Assembly (NCBI GenBank): GCA_035063585.1
Contig: JAPSGB010000007.1
Coordinates: 1 to 64,000, forward strand
Length of the DNA stretch: 64,000 nucleotides
Reading direction: 5' to 3'
DNA from: Polyangiaceae bacterium
GTDB taxonomy: Bacteria; Myxococcota_A; Polyangia; Polyangiales; Polyangiaceae
The notes under the pieces are model-generated. The model ran no database searches. It saw nothing but the letters and a program-made list of their open reading frames with translations, and was not told the origin of the DNA. Both the position numbers and the translations under genes were made by a program. Positions 21,686 through 32,745 of this stretch are shown in pieces (positions within the stretch are counted from its first letter, which is position 1; the number at the start of each line of letters is the position of its first letter).

Positions 21686-23848
21686 TCAGACCCGCTCGAC
21701 GCCGACCACGCCCCCCACCTTCTGGAGCGCCTTCATGACGTTCTTCAGCTGGGTGAGGTCCGACACGAAGAAGGTGAAGACGTTACACGCGCGGCCGTCA
21801 TCCCCGGCGCGGCAGTTCGCCTCGCTGATGTTGATCTTCTGCGCGCTGAACGTCTGGCTCACGGTGGCGAGGATGCCGGGCTTGTTGGCGGTGGTGACCC
21901 GGAGCTGCACCGGACGGTTGATCTTCGCCTTGCTGTCCCAGCTCACGTCGACGCGCCGCTCGGGATCGGTGTCGAAGGCCTTCTGGCACTCGCGGCGGTG
22001 GATGGTGACGCCTCGACCGCGGGTGATGAAGCCGATGATGGCGTCACCAGGGAGCGGGTTGCAGCACTTCGCGTAGCGCACGAGCACGTCGTCGATGCCG
22101 CTCACCTTGATGCCCCCGACGTCCTTGCCGGTGGCCTTTCGAACGAACTGCTCGATGCGCCCGGTGCGGAGCGAGGCGGGAGGCTCGCTACCGCCGTCCG
22201 GCTGCCTCGCGCGGAGCCCGCCAGCGACCTCGTCGGCGGCGAGCTTGCCGTAGCCGATGGCGAGCAAGAGCTCTTCCTTGCTGCCGAGGCGGTGCGCCTC
22301 CGCGACGCGGCGGATCTCGTCTTCGTTCTTGAGGAGCTTCGAGAGGCTCATGCCCGCCGCGTGCATCTCCGTCTCGAGGAGCTCACGGCCGAGGTTGATG
22401 CTCTTCTCGCGCTGGTCGGCGCGGAGATAGGCCCGGATGCGCGAGCGCGCGCGGGTGGTGGTGGCAAAATCGAGCCAGTCCTTGTTGGGCTGTTGGGACG
22501 GCGAGGTCATCACCTCGAGCACGTCGCCGTTCTTCAGCTTGTACCGGAGCGGGACGATCTGCCCGTTGGCGCGCGCGCCCGAGCAGTGGTCGCCGACCTC
22601 GGAGTGGATGGCGTAGGCAAAATCGATCGGCGTCGCGCCGCGGGGGAACACCCGCACGTCCCCCTTCGGCGTGAAGACGTAGACCTCGTCCGGGAAGAGA
22701 TCGATCTTCACGCTCTCTAGGAATTCTGCCGGATCCTTCAGGAGCTTCTGGTAATCCGCGAGCTCGCGAAGCCAGGTGAACTTGGCCGCGTCCGCCGGAT
22801 CGACGCCGCCCGAGACGCGCTCCTTGTAGCGCCAGTGCGCGGCGACGCCGTGCTCGGCGACCCGATGCATCTCGTGCGTACGGATCTGGATCTCGATCCG
22901 TTGCCGCCCGGGCCCGATGACCGCGGTGTGCAGCGACTGATAGTTGTTGGGCTTGGGGAGAGCGACGTAGTCCTTGAAGCGCCCGGGGATGGGCGTCCAC
23001 TTGGAGTGGATGACGCCGAGCGCGGCGTAGCAGTCGGCGACCGACTCGACCCCGATGCGGAAGGCGATGACGTCGAAGAGTTGCTCGAAGTCGACCTGCT
23101 GCTCGCTCATCTTGCGATAGATGGAGTAGATGTGCTTCGCGCGCCCGGTCACCTCGGCAGCGAACCCGCTCTCGGCGAGGCGCGAGGTGATGGTGCGACA
23201 CACGCCCTCGATGTAGCGCTCGCGCTCCTTCTTGCTCTTGGCGAGCTTCCCGATGATGCTGCGATACGCCTCCGGCTCGAGGTACTGGAAGCTCAGGTCC
23301 TCGAGCTCGCTCTTCAGCTTCTGGATGCCGAGGCGATTGGCGAGCGGCGCGTAGATTTCCATCGTCTCGCGAGCGATGCGCTCCTGGCTCTCTGGCTTCA
23401 TGAACTCGAGCGTCCGCATGTTGTCCAGGCGATCGCAGAGCTTCACGAGGAGCACGCGGATGTCTTGCGACATCGCCACCACCATCTTGCGGAAATTCTC
23501 CGCCTGGTGGTCCTCACGCGAGGTGAAGTTGATCTTGCCGAGCTTGGTGACCCCGTCGACCAGGTTGGCGATTTCCGCCCCGAACTCCCGGGCAAGATCG
23601 CCGGTCGTCGCGGCGGTGTCCTCCACGACGTCGTGGAGGAGCCCGGCGCACACGCTGGCGGTGTCGAGCCGCAGCATCGCGATGATCCCGGCGACGCTCG
23701 CCGGATGAATGAAATACGGATCGCCGCTCTTTCGGGTCTGCTCGCGGTGGGCCCACTTCGAGTAGGTGTAGGCGCGGCGGATGAGCTCGATGTCGGCCCG
23801 CGGGTGGTAGCCGGTCACCCGGTCGACCAGTTCTTCGACTTCCAGCAT
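21686..23848 (-). CDS. relA: Bifunctional (p)ppGpp synthetase/hydrolase (long RelA/SpoT homologue)
   Basis: RKSGDPYFIHP, intact HD motif LLHDVVEDT, RFKDY, YQSLHT, EIQIRT, TGS (PIDFAYAIH), AKCC and ACT domains. Start ATG 23848. Confidence 0.96.
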   Translation of the reverse strand: MLEVEELVDRVTGYHPRADIELIRRAYTYSKWAHREQTRKSGDPYFIHPASVAGIIAMLRLDTASVCAGLLHDVVEDTAATTGDLAREFGAEIANLVDGVTKLGKINFTSREDHQAENFRKMVVAMSQDIRVLLVKLCDRLDNMRTLEFMKPESQERIARETMEIYAPLANRLGIQKLKSELEDLSFQYLEPEAYRSIIGKLAKSKKERERYIEGVCRTITSRLAESGFAAEVTGRAKHIYSIYRKMSEQQVDFEQLFDVIAFRIGVESVADCYAALGVIHSKWTPIPGRFKDYVALPKPNNYQSLHTAVIGPGRQRIEIQIRTHEMHRVAEHGVAAHWRYKERVSGGVDPADAAKFTWLRELADYQKLLKDPAEFLESVKIDLFPDEVYVFTPKGDVRVFPRGATPIDFAYAIHSEVGDHCSGARANGQIVPLRYKLKNGDVLEVMTSPSQQPNKDWLDFATTTRARSRIRAYLRADQREKSINLGRELLETEMHAAGMSLSKLLKNEDEIRRVAEAHRLGSKEELLLAIGYGKLAADEVAGGLRARQPDGGSEPPASLRTGRIEQFVRKATGKDVGGIKVSGIDDVLVRYAKCCNPLPGDAIIGFITRGRGVTIHRRECQKAFDTDPERRVDVSWDSKAKINRPVQLRVTTANKPGILATVSQTFSAQKINISEANCRAGDDGRACNVFTFFVSDLTQLKNVMKALQKVGGVVGVERV

Positions 23849-23897
23849 GGGATCGCCCTGGCGCGAGCGCCCGGACCATGGAAGGTAACACCGGCCC

Positions 23898-25142
23898 ATG
23901 AACCCCGCAAAGCCGGCGCTCGAGGCGCCTTCGGTCTCGAGGCCCCCGGGCGGCGCCGACCGAGCCGGCGTGTACGTCCATTTCCCCTATTGCCTCGCCA
24001 AGTGCCCGTATTGCGACTTCTACAGCGTCGCCGCCGACCGCTCGGCGATCCCGCACGCGGCCTACGCCGACGCCGTCATCGCCGAGCTCGGGCGGCGCGT
24101 CGCGGAGTGCGGCCCGCGCGAGGTGCGGAGCGTGTTCTTCGGAGGCGGCACCCCCTCGCTCTGGGAGGCGACCGAGCTCGGGCGAGTGCTCGACGCCATC
24201 CGGGCTGCGTTCCGCGTGGCGTCCGAGCTCGAGATCACCGTAGAGTGTAACCCCACCAGCTTCGACGCGGAGCGCGCGAGCGCGCTCATCGACGCGGGGG
24301 TGAGCCGGGTGAGCATCGGCGTTCAGTCGCTCGACGCCGAGCGCCTCCGCTTCCTCGGCCGACTGCACGACGCGCCCGGGGCGCTCCGGGCGGTGGAGAC
24401 CGCGACCCGCTTCGACGCGCTCCGCGTGAGCGCGGATCTCATCTTCGGCGTCGCCGGCGAGACGCCAGACGAGGGCGCGCGCGAAGCGGCGACCCTGGCC
24501 GAGCTCGGCGTCACACACCTCAGCGCGTACGCGCTCACCATCGAGCCCGGGACGCGATTCGGCGTCCTCGCGCGCGCCGGCAAGCTCCCGCTCTGCCCGG
24601 AGGACGCGGTGGCCGACGGCTACCAGGCGATCGCCGACGCGCTCCGCGCGCGCGGCTTCCATCACTACGAAATCAGCAACTACGCTCGCGACGGCGCGGT
24701 CGCCGCGCACAACGTCGGCTACTGGCGGGGAGAGGACTACGTCGGTCTCGGCGCCGGCGCCGTCGGCACCATCCGGCTCGGCGAAGGCGCTCCCGCGAGG
24801 GCGTCCCGTGAGCTCCTCGCCGGCAGGCGGCGCGTTCGCTACAGAAACGCGCCCTCCCTCGAGCGTTACCTCACCTCGCCGGGAGCTCCGGCGGGAGAGC
24901 TCGAGCTCATCGATGGCGAGACCGCGCTCCGCGAGCGGCTCATGCTGGGGCTTCGCATGGCCGAGGGGGTGGATGTCGCCGAGGCGGCGCGGGCCACGGG
25001 GGGCCAGGCTTGGCCGGAGAGGCGCGCGCGCGCCGCGGCGCGCCTCGTGGCGCGCGGCCGCCTCGCGCAAGACGGCGATCACCTCGTCATCCCCGAGTCG
25101 GCCTGGCTGCTCGCCGACGGCACCATCGCCGAGCTCATCTGA
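23898..25142 (+). CDS. hemW: Radical SAM heme chaperone HemW (HemN-like)
   Basis: YVHFPYCLAKCPYCDF, FGGGTPS, YEISNY, HNVGYW. Confidence 0.92.
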   Translation: MNPAKPALEAPSVSRPPGGADRAGVYVHFPYCLAKCPYCDFYSVAADRSAIPHAAYADAVIAELGRRVAECGPREVRSVFFGGGTPSLWEATELGRVLDAIRAAFRVASELEITVECNPTSFDAERASALIDAGVSRVSIGVQSLDAERLRFLGRLHDAPGALRAVETATRFDALRVSADLIFGVAGETPDEGAREAATLAELGVTHLSAYALTIEPGTRFGVLARAGKLPLCPEDAVADGYQAIADALRARGFHHYEISNYARDGAVAAHNVGYWRGEDYVGLGAGAVGTIRLGEGAPARASRELLAGRRRVRYRNAPSLERYLTSPGAPAGELELIDGETALRERLMLGLRMAEGVDVAEAARATGGQAWPERRARAAARLVARGRLAQDGDHLVIPESAWLLADGTIAELI

Positions 25143-25161
25143 GCGCGAAGGGCGCGCTCAG
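25139..25161. terminator. GC hairpin between convergent hemW and trmFO
   Basis: CTGAGCGCG / CGCGCTCAG 9-bp inverted repeat with a 5-nt loop. No U-tract, so terminator function is inferred. Confidence 0.4.
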
Positions 25162-26483
25162 CCGAGGTCCGTGCGGGCGCGCCACTCGCTCAGGTCATCG
25201 AGCGCGCGCTGGGCCATCGCTTCGTAACGCGCGCGCTTCTTGAGGCGTGTCCCCTCCCACGGCGGGAGGTGGGAGAAGGTGATGTTCGAGGGCTGGTACG
25301 ACTCGGCGTCGCGGGCGAGGTGCGCGAGGAGCCCGCCGTGCGCGGTAGTCGGCGGCGGCAAGAGAGGCTCACGACCGGCCAAGCGCTCCGCGATGAACCA
25401 GGCCGCGAGCCAGCCGCCGGCCGCGCTCTCCACGTAGCCCTCGGTGCCGATGAGCTGCCCGGCGAAGTAGATGCCCGGGCGCGCGCGGAGCTGGAGCGTC
25501 GCGTCGAGGAGTCGCGGTGCGCAGAGAAAGGTGTTGCGGTGCACCGCGCCGAGCCGCGCGAACTCGGCGCGCTCGAGGCCGGGAATCATACGGAAGACGC
25601 GCTCCTGCTCGGGCCACGCCATCCGGGTCTGGAAGCCGACCATGTTGTAGGCGGTGCCCGCCGCATCCTCCTGACGGAGCTGAACCACCGCCCATGGGCG
25701 GTGGCCCGTCCGCGGATCCACGAGCCCGACCGGCTTCATGGGACCGAAGGCCAGCGTGTCCTTGCCGCGCGCCGCCATCACCTCGATGGGCAGGCACCCC
25801 TCGAAGTAGCGAGCCTCCTCGAAGGCGCGCGGCTCCACCTTGCGCGCCGCGAGCACCTCGCGCACGAAGGCCTCGTACTCTTCCTTGCCGAGGGGGCAGT
25901 TCACGTACGCGGCGCGCGCCTCGTCGCTCTCGCCCTTGTCCCACCGCGAGGCGCGAAACACCTTGTCCCAGTCGATGCTGTCGGCCTCCACGATGGGCGC
26001 GATGGCGTCGTAGTAAGCGAGCGCGCCTTCGCCGAGCTCGCGCGCGAGGTCGAGGGCGAGAGCGTCGCCGGTGAGTGGTCCGGTCGCGATGAGGAGCGGA
26101 CGCGCTTCGGGCACTCGCTCGACGAGCTCGGCGCGGAGCGTGATGCGTGGCTCTTCGAGCACGCGCCGAGTCATCTCACTGCTGAACCGTTCGCGATCGA
26201 CCGCGAGCGCGCCCCCCGCCGGCACCCGTGTCTGCTCGGCCACCTCCATGACCACGCTGCCGAGGCGCCGCATCTCCTCCTTCAAGAGCCCGACCGCGTT
26301 CGAGAGCGCCGCGCCGCGGAAGGAGTTCGAGCAGACCAGCTCGGCGAGCGTGTCCTTCGCCTGCGCGGGGGTGCGCGCGAGCGGCTTCTGCTCGAGGAGG
26401 GTGACGTCGACGCCGCGGCGCGCGAGGCCGAGCGCCGCCTCGCACCCGGCGAGCCCGGCGCCCACGATGGTGACGCTTGCCAT
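25158..26483 (-). CDS. trmFO: Folate/FAD-dependent tRNA (uracil-54) methyltransferase
   Basis: [50 protein letters not shown]. Confidence 0.96.
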   Translation of the reverse strand: MASVTIVGAGLAGCEAALGLARRGVDVTLLEQKPLARTPAQAKDTLAELVCSNSFRGAALSNAVGLLKEEMRRLGSVVMEVAEQTRVPAGGALAVDRERFSSEMTRRVLEEPRITLRAELVERVPEARPLLIATGPLTGDALALDLARELGEGALAYYDAIAPIVEADSIDWDKVFRASRWDKGESDEARAAYVNCPLGKEEYEAFVREVLAARKVEPRAFEEARYFEGCLPIEVMAARGKDTLAFGPMKPVGLVDPRTGHRPWAVVQLRQEDAAGTAYNMVGFQTRMAWPEQERVFRMIPGLERAEFARLGAVHRNTFLCAPRLLDATLQLRARPGIYFAGQLIGTEGYVESAAGGWLAAWFIAERLAGREPLLPPPTTAHGGLLAHLARDAESYQPSNITFSHLPPWEGTRLKKRARYEAMAQRALDDLSEWRARTDLG

Positions 26484-26493
26484 CCTGCGACGC

Positions 26494-28947
26494 CTACGGA
26501 GACGCGGCGACCGGCGAGTCCTCTTTCGGCGCCCCGCGACCGGCTGCCTTCGCCGGCTCGAGCTCGAGCGCCGGCAGGTCCTCGAGCGGACGCGAGTAGC
26601 CGCACTCCTTACCCCGCGGGCAGACGAGCTTCGGGTTCTTCTTTCCGCCGCCGACCACGAGGAACGGGTGCTGGCAGTTCGGACAGGGCGTGGGCACCGG
26701 CTTCTGCCACACCTTGTAGTCGCACTCGGGGTACTTCCCGCAGCCGTAGAACGTCTTGCCGCCGCGCTTCCTGGAGCGCACCTCGACCAGATCGCCGCCG
26801 CACTTCGGGCAGGGAACGCCCAGCGGGACCGGGCGCGTGTTCTTGCACTTCGGGTAGTCGCTGCACGAGAGGAACTCCCCGAAGCGCCCGGTCTTGACGA
26901 TCATCGGCCTACCGCACTTGTCGCACGCGTAGTCGGTCAGCCTCGGCGTCTCGGGCGTGGCGCCGTCGGCGGTGAGATTACGCGTGAACTTGCACTTCGG
27001 GTAGGCCTCACAGCCGAGGAACCAGCCGTTCTTGCTCCAGCGCTTGAGCAGGCGCGAACCGCACTCGTCGCACGTGAAGTCGGTCGGCTCGGGCTCCGGC
27101 GTCCAGCGCTTGTCCTTCTTGGCGCGGTCGAGGACCTCGCGAAATCGCTGGTAGAAGCGGCTGAGGAGCTCCACCCGGTCGAGCCGACCGGCCTCGACCT
27201 CGTCGAGCTCCTCTTCCATCTTCGCGGTAAAATCAGGATCCATGAAGTCGAGGTGGGTGGAGACCAGCCCGTCGATCACGAGCTTGCCGAGGTCGGTCGC
27301 CATCATCTGCCCGCCCGGCAGCTTCTCGACGTAGTCCCGCGCCTGCACCTTGCTGATGATCTCCGCATAAGTGCTCGGGCGACCGATGCCCCGCTTCTCG
27401 AGCTCACGCACCAGCGAGCCTTCGTTGTAGCGAGGCGGTGGCTGGGTGAATTTCTGCTCGGTGATGACGCCCGGCGGCTTCACGAGGCTGAGCGCCTCGC
27501 CCTCCGCGAGCTCGGGCAGTGAGCCGTCCGCGTCGTCTTCGAGGCTCGGGACCTCGGCGGGGGCCGCGCTCGCGAGCCGGCTCGACTCGGGCTCGGCGTC
27601 CTCCTCGCCGGCGAGCGCGGCGGGCGCGTCGTCGCCGAAGGGCTTGCCGGTCTTGTCGCGCTGGTACTCGGCGAGCCAGCCGGCGAACTTCAGCACCTTG
27701 CCGCTCGCGCGGAGCAGGTAGCTCGCGTGGCGCGGGCCCGCACGCCCCGGCTTCGCCTCGATGTCCACCCCCGTCTGGTCGTAGATGGCGCTCGTCATCT
27801 GAGAGGCCACGAAGCGATCCCAGATGAGCCGGTAGAGCTTGTACTGCTCGTCGGTGAGGTGGCGGCGAACGTGCTCCGGCGGGTACTCGAGTGAGGTCGG
27901 ACGGATCGCCTCGTGCGCTTCCTGGGCGTTCTTCTTGGCGCGGTAGAAGTTCGGCTTCTCGGGCAGGAACTCCGCGCCGAACTGGCTCGCGATGTGCTCG
28001 CGCACCGCGGCGATCGCCTCGTTGCTGACGCGCACCGAGTCGGTCCTCATGTAGGTGATGAGCCCGACCGGTCCACCGTCCTTCTTGAGATCGACGCCCT
28101 CGTAGAGCTTCTGCGCGATGTTCATGGTGCGCTTGGTCGTAAAGCGCAGATGGCTGCCCGCGTCCTGCTGCAGCTTGCTGGTCGTGTACGGCGCGGGGGC
28201 GTGGCGCTTCTGCTCGCGCTTCGACACGCCCGCGACTCGGTACGCCGCGCTCTCGAGATCCGCGCGGACCGCCTGGGCGGTGTCGCCGTCTTTCACCTCG
28301 AACTTCGCGCCGTTCGCCTTGGCGAGCCGCGCGAGCACCCGCTCCGGCTGCTTGCCGCGCAAGGCGACGCCGACGTTCCAGTACTCCTCGGGGACGAAGC
28401 GCTCGATCTCGCGCTCGCGCTCGACGATCAGGCGGAGCGCCACCGACTGTACGCGCCCGGCGCTCAGCCCGAAGGCGAGCTTGCTCCACACGAGCGCCGA
28501 GACGTCGTAGCCGACGATGCGGTCGAGCACGCGCCGAGAGCGCTGCGCGTCGTAGAGCGACTCGTCGAGCGCGCGAGGGTTGGCGAGCCCGTGCTGCACG
28601 CCCTTCTTCGTGATCTCGTGGAACTCGACGCGCTCCACCGCGAGCTTCGGGCGGCGAAGCTCCTCGGCGATGTGGAAGGCGATGGCCTCGCCCTCACGAT
28701 CCGGGTCGGTGGCGAGCAAGAGGCGGTCGGCACCCTTGGCCGCGGACTTGAGCTCACCCAGGATCTTCGCCTTGGCGTCGATGACCTCGTACGTCTCACG
28801 GAAACCCTGCTCGACGTCGATCCCCATCTTCTTGGGCAGATCCTTGACGTGACCCTTGCTCGCGAGGACCTCGAACCCGGGACCCAGGTACTTCTTGATC
28901 GTCTTGGCCTTGGCCGGAGATTCGACGACGACGAGGGTCTTGCTCAT
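26494..28947 (-). CDS. topA: DNA topoisomerase I
   Basis: [29 protein letters not shown], catalytic [15 protein letters not shown] and four C-terminal Zn ribbons. Start ATG 28947. Confidence 0.97.
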   Translation of the reverse strand: MSKTLVVVESPAKAKTIKKYLGPGFEVLASKGHVKDLPKKMGIDVEQGFRETYEVIDAKAKILGELKSAAKGADRLLLATDPDREGEAIAFHIAEELRRPKLAVERVEFHEITKKGVQHGLANPRALDESLYDAQRSRRVLDRIVGYDVSALVWSKLAFGLSAGRVQSVALRLIVEREREIERFVPEEYWNVGVALRGKQPERVLARLAKANGAKFEVKDGDTAQAVRADLESAAYRVAGVSKREQKRHAPAPYTTSKLQQDAGSHLRFTTKRTMNIAQKLYEGVDLKKDGGPVGLITYMRTDSVRVSNEAIAAVREHIASQFGAEFLPEKPNFYRAKKNAQEAHEAIRPTSLEYPPEHVRRHLTDEQYKLYRLIWDRFVASQMTSAIYDQTGVDIEAKPGRAGPRHASYLLRASGKVLKFAGWLAEYQRDKTGKPFGDDAPAALAGEEDAEPESSRLASAAPAEVPSLEDDADGSLPELAEGEALSLVKPPGVITEQKFTQPPPRYNEGSLVRELEKRGIGRPSTYAEIISKVQARDYVEKLPGGQMMATDLGKLVIDGLVSTHLDFMDPDFTAKMEEELDEVEAGRLDRVELLSRFYQRFREVLDRAKKDKRWTPEPEPTDFTCDECGSRLLKRWSKNGWFLGCEAYPKCKFTRNLTADGATPETPRLTDYACDKCGRPMIVKTGRFGEFLSCSDYPKCKNTRPVPLGVPCPKCGGDLVEVRSRKRGGKTFYGCGKYPECDYKVWQKPVPTPCPNCQHPFLVVGGGKKNPKLVCPRGKECGYSRPLEDLPALELEPAKAAGRGAPKEDSPVAASP

Positions 28948-29043
28948 GAGCTTCGGCGGTTCCTTTCGTCCTACCTGGATGTGGCCCGGAGGCCCCCCGC
29001 GCAACCCGGCCGATCCCGGGCCACCACGCAAAAGTCTGTAAAT

Positions 29044-30168
29044 TCAGGTGTTTCTGAGCATCAGACGCCCAGACAGGTCGGCTACTAAGACCCCTTCGAG
29101 GGTCAGCGTCAAGAGGAGTTCTTGCAATCGGGCGACCGAGAGCCCCAGCTCCGCGCAGAGCTCGTCCGCGTAGACCGCCCCGGCCCGGAGCCGCTCGAGG
29201 ACTCGCTCGCGCGCAGGATCCCGGGCGGATTCGGGGAGTTCCGCCGGCCGCGCCGGGCCGGCATCCCGGTCCCGGCCGGCTCGCCCGTCTGAAGCCATCA
29301 TTTCTTGTCGGCTCGGCGCGGAACCGGGCCCGGCGCGCCGGCACGGCGGGGCATCGCCGCCCCCGCGAGCGTCGCGCGCGGGGGCGCCCGCGGGGACGCG
29401 CGCGGCGGCGCGCCCGGGCGCGCGGGCACGAGGCGCGCCGCAGGCGGGAGCGCGCGCCGCGCCCGGCGCCGGTCGCCAGAGCGGCGGCGGGGGCGCGGCC
29501 CGCCTCGCGAGCGGGTGCAGCCCGCGCTCGGCGAGCAGGCGGAGCACCTGCCGCGGCGACTCGAGCGCGCGCGCCCCGAGCCGGAGCTCGACCGCGGCGC
29601 CCGCGCCGGGCGGGTTCCACGGCGGGCTCGGCGCGACCAGCAGCGGCCGCCCGAGCCGACGAGCCGCCGCCGCCGCGTTGCGCGCTCCGCTGCGATACGG
29701 GGCCTCCACCAAGATGACGAGATCGGCGAGCGCGACGAGCACCGCGTTGCGAAGGAAGAAGGCGCCGCGGCTCGCCGGTACGTCGCCGGGGACGAGCGAG
29801 AGGTAGGCGCCGCCGCGCTCGACGACGGCGCGGAAGAGCGGCGCGTTCTCCCGAGGGAACGGGCGCTCATAGCCGCTCGGCGCGACCACGAGACAGGACC
29901 CTCCGGCGTCGAGCGCGCCCTCGTGCGCGGCGGCGTCGATACCGACCGCGCCGCCCGAGACGATGGTCACACCCGCGCGACCGAGCGCGGACGCGAGGCT
30001 GCGCGTGTAGCCGAGTGCGCCAGGGCTCGGCGCGCGCGTCCCGATGATCGCGACCGCCGGGGCGCGCGCGAGCTCACCGCGCAGGTAGAGCACCTCCGGC
30101 GGCTCAGGGAGATCCGCGAGCGCGGGCGGGCGGGCCGCGCCGCGGAGGCAGCGTTCAGACGGGCGCAC
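29044..30168 (-). CDS. dprA: DNA-processing protein DprA
   Basis: VAIIGTR, VSGGAVGIDAAAH, F-x-x-RN, VEAPYRSGA and a C-terminal winged helix. Conserved dprA-topA-trmFO order. Confidence 0.9.
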   Translation of the reverse strand: MRPSERCLRGAARPPALADLPEPPEVLYLRGELARAPAVAIIGTRAPSPGALGYTRSLASALGRAGVTIVSGGAVGIDAAAHEGALDAGGSCLVVAPSGYERPFPRENAPLFRAVVERGGAYLSLVPGDVPASRGAFFLRNAVLVALADLVILVEAPYRSGARNAAAAARRLGRPLLVAPSPPWNPPGAGAAVELRLGARALESPRQVLRLLAERGLHPLARRAAPPPPLWRPAPGAARAPACGAPRARAPGRAAARVPAGAPARDARGGGDAPPCRRAGPGSAPSRQEMMASDGRAGRDRDAGPARPAELPESARDPARERVLERLRAGAVYADELCAELGLSVARLQELLLTLTLEGVLVADLSGRLMLRNT

Positions 30169-30207
30169 GAGCGCGCCCTTCGGCCGAAGCGGCGGCCCGG
30201 TTGCGGG

Positions 30208-30906
30208 CTACTTGCGGTACGCCTGCGCGCCCGCCATCCCCTGCCCGCGGATGACGTGCATGTCGATCTTCACCGTCATGGGGAGCGGATACGGATTTTT
30301 CACGCACTGCTCGTTCGGGCCGATGACCGGCGCGGGGCCGTCCGCCGCGCTCTGCGCCAGCACCTGCGGGGGCAGCGGCGGCTCGGTGATGAGGTTCATC
30401 TGATACTGAAACACGCCGAGCCCGGCAAAACCGATGATCGTGTAGCAGGCGCCTGGCGCCAGCGTGACGGTGCCTTGAGCGTGGCCGTCCTGCTGCAGCT
30501 TGGCGCTGAAGAGCTGCCCCTCCGGCTTCATGCCCTTCGCGTTCGTCTGAGCTTGGTTCTTGATGCCCGCCTGGATGGGGCCGAGCTCGCCGCCGGTGAC
30601 GCCGCCGAGCGACGCCGCCGCCCCCGCGAGCGCGCCCGCGACGATGCCCTGCAGCGTGTTCGGATCGGAGAGGATGGCGCCGAGCGCGGGGACCTGCCCG
30701 GGCTGGCTCGCCGCCCCCGTACCCGAGGGAGCCGGACCCGGCGTGCCCGGCTGCGCGGTCCCGGGCTGGCCCTGAGGAGGCTGGCTCGTGCCGGGTTGTC
30801 CCTGCTGGAACCCCTGCGCGTTCTCCGCGGGCTTGTCGCTCTTCTTGCAGGCAGAGGCGACGAGCAGGGCGGCGAGCGGCGCGACGAAAAGGGTGTTCCT
30901 GGTCAT
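30208..30906 (-). CDS. Hypothetical lipoprotein (Gln/Pro/Gly linker, C-terminal beta-rich domain)
   Basis: ATG 30906 MTRNTLFVAPLAALLVASAC-KK lipobox. AG-rich SD; TGTAAGCT -10-like box upstream. Confidence 0.85.
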   Translation of the reverse strand: MTRNTLFVAPLAALLVASACKKSDKPAENAQGFQQGQPGTSQPPQGQPGTAQPGTPGPAPSGTGAASQPGQVPALGAILSDPNTLQGIVAGALAGAAASLGGVTGGELGPIQAGIKNQAQTNAKGMKPEGQLFSAKLQQDGHAQGTVTLAPGACYTIIGFAGLGVFQYQMNLITEPPLPPQVLAQSAADGPAPVIGPNEQCVKNPYPLPMTVKIDMHVIRGQGMAGAQAYRK

Positions 30907-30999
30907 GAGCGGATCCTCTCTCTCTTCCAAACCACCGAACCGCCGGGAGCTTACACCGGGCGCGGCCGAGCGTACCAGGCCTGTGCTAGGACCGCCCCG

Positions 31000-31956
31000 A
31001 TGCAGCTCGTCGTCGCGACTCATGGCCACTGCTTCGACGGGCTCGCGAGCGCCGTGCTCTTCACTCGGCTGGTGACCGCGCTCGGGGGCCCCACCCGGAG
31101 CTTCACCTATCGCAGCTGCGGATACGGGGCAGGACAGCTCCGCCCGGACGCCTCGGTGCTCACCGGCGACGAGAACGCGATCCTGGATTTTCGCTTCAGC
31201 TCCTCGCCGAACCTGACCTGGTATTTCGATCACCACCGGACCGCGCTGGCCACCCCCGAGGATCAGGCGGTGTTCGAGGCGAGCCGCGGGAACGGCCGCT
31301 ATTTCCTCGACGCCGACCACAGCTCGTGCACGAAGCTCATCGCCGGAGTGGCGCGCGAGAGGTTCGGCGTCCACGACCCGTCGCTCGACGAGCTGGTCGC
31401 CTGGGCGGATCTGGTGGACGCCGCGCGCTTCGCCACCCCCGACGACGCCATCGACCGCAAGGATCCCGTGATGCGCCTGGTGAGCGTGGTCGAGCATTAC
31501 GGCGACGACCGCTTCCTCGCCCGCTTCGTCCCGACGCTGCTCGAGCGCCCGCTCGACGAGGTGGCGCGCTCGAAGGCGGTGGAGGACCGCTATCGGCCGC
31601 TCGGCGAGAAACACGAGCGGTTCATCGAGCGGGTCCGCGCACGCGCCGAGCGTCGCGGCCGTGTGGTCTTCGTGGATCTCACCGACTCCGTGCTCGAGTC
31701 GGTCGGAAAATTCGTGACCTACGCGCTCTTCCCGGACTCGGTGTACTCGGTCGTGGTCGGGCTCTTGAAGAACGGCGCGAAGGTGAGCGTCGGATATAAC
31801 CCCTGGTCCGGCCAGCAGCTCGACACCGATATCAGCCGGATCTGCGCGCGCTACGGCGGCGGCGGGCACCCGGTGGTCGGGGGGATCGCGTTCAAGCCGA
31901 GCGAGCTCGACCGAGCGCGCACCGTCGCGCGCGAGATCGCCGAGGAGCTCGCGTGA
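31000..31956 (+). CDS. DHH/DHHA1 family phosphoesterase
   Basis: HGHCFDG, ILDF, FDHH and GGGGH motifs. Start ATG 31000. Confidence 0.88.
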   Translation: MQLVVATHGHCFDGLASAVLFTRLVTALGGPTRSFTYRSCGYGAGQLRPDASVLTGDENAILDFRFSSSPNLTWYFDHHRTALATPEDQAVFEASRGNGRYFLDADHSSCTKLIAGVARERFGVHDPSLDELVAWADLVDAARFATPDDAIDRKDPVMRLVSVVEHYGDDRFLARFVPTLLERPLDEVARSKAVEDRYRPLGEKHERFIERVRARAERRGRVVFVDLTDSVLESVGKFVTYALFPDSVYSVVVGLLKNGAKVSVGYNPWSGQQLDTDISRICARYGGGGHPVVGGIAFKPSELDRARTVAREIAEELA

Positions 31957-32717
31957 GCAGACCCGCCACCGTGCTCGCCTGGCGGCGCGGCCCGGAGTCG
32001 CGGCCGCTCGTGCTCGGGCACCGGGGCGCACGGCATGCCGCACCGGAGAACACCCTCGGGGCGTTCGAGCTCGCCGCCCGTGAGGGTGCAGACGGCGTGG
32101 AGCTCGACGTGCGCCTCGATGGGGACGGACGCGTCATCGTGCTGCACGATCGCACGCTCGAACGGGTGAGCGTGACGCGCGACCCGCGCGACGTGGAGCT
32201 CCTCGGTGCGCGCGAGCTCGGAGCGCTCGAGCTGGGCGGCGGCGAGCGCGTCCCGCTCCTCGCCGAGGTGCTCGACTGGGCCGCGCTTCGAGAGCGCCGG
32301 CTCAACATCGAGCTCAAGCACGACGTGTCCGATCGCGCTGCGCTCGTGCGGGGCGTCGTTTGGCAGCTCGCGAGGCGCCGCGACGCCGCCGAACGGGTGC
32401 TGCTCTCCTCGTTTCACGCGGGCATCGTCTGGCAGCTCTCGCGCGCGCTCCCCACGCTGCCGGTTGCGTGGCTCGTGCATCAGGGGCAGCGGCTCGCCCG
32501 GCACGCCCGCTTCTCTTCGCTCCTCGGGGCGAGCGGCGTAAACCTCGAGCACGTGCTCATCACCGGTCGGCTGGTGCGACGCCTACGCGCGCAGGGCGTC
32601 CTGGTCGGCACCTGGACGATCAATGACGGCGTGGAAGCTCGGCGCGTCGCGCGGCTCGGCGTGGACGCGATCATCACGGATCGTCCGGGCGCGATGCTGA
32701 CAGCGCTCGCCCGGTGA
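31953..32717 (+). CDS. Glycerophosphodiester phosphodiesterase
   Basis: GHRGA, PENTL, ELDV, HD, NIELK, WTIND, IITDRP. GTGA overlap with the upstream gene. Confidence 0.92.
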   Translation: MSRPATVLAWRRGPESRPLVLGHRGARHAAPENTLGAFELAAREGADGVELDVRLDGDGRVIVLHDRTLERVSVTRDPRDVELLGARELGALELGGGERVPLLAEVLDWAALRERRLNIELKHDVSDRAALVRGVVWQLARRRDAAERVLLSSFHAGIVWQLSRALPTLPVAWLVHQGQRLARHARFSSLLGASGVNLEHVLITGRLVRRLRAQGVLVGTWTINDGVEARRVARLGVDAIITDRPGAMLTALAR

Positions 32718-32745
32718 GGCGCTCCGCGACGGGAGGCACGCCCGG

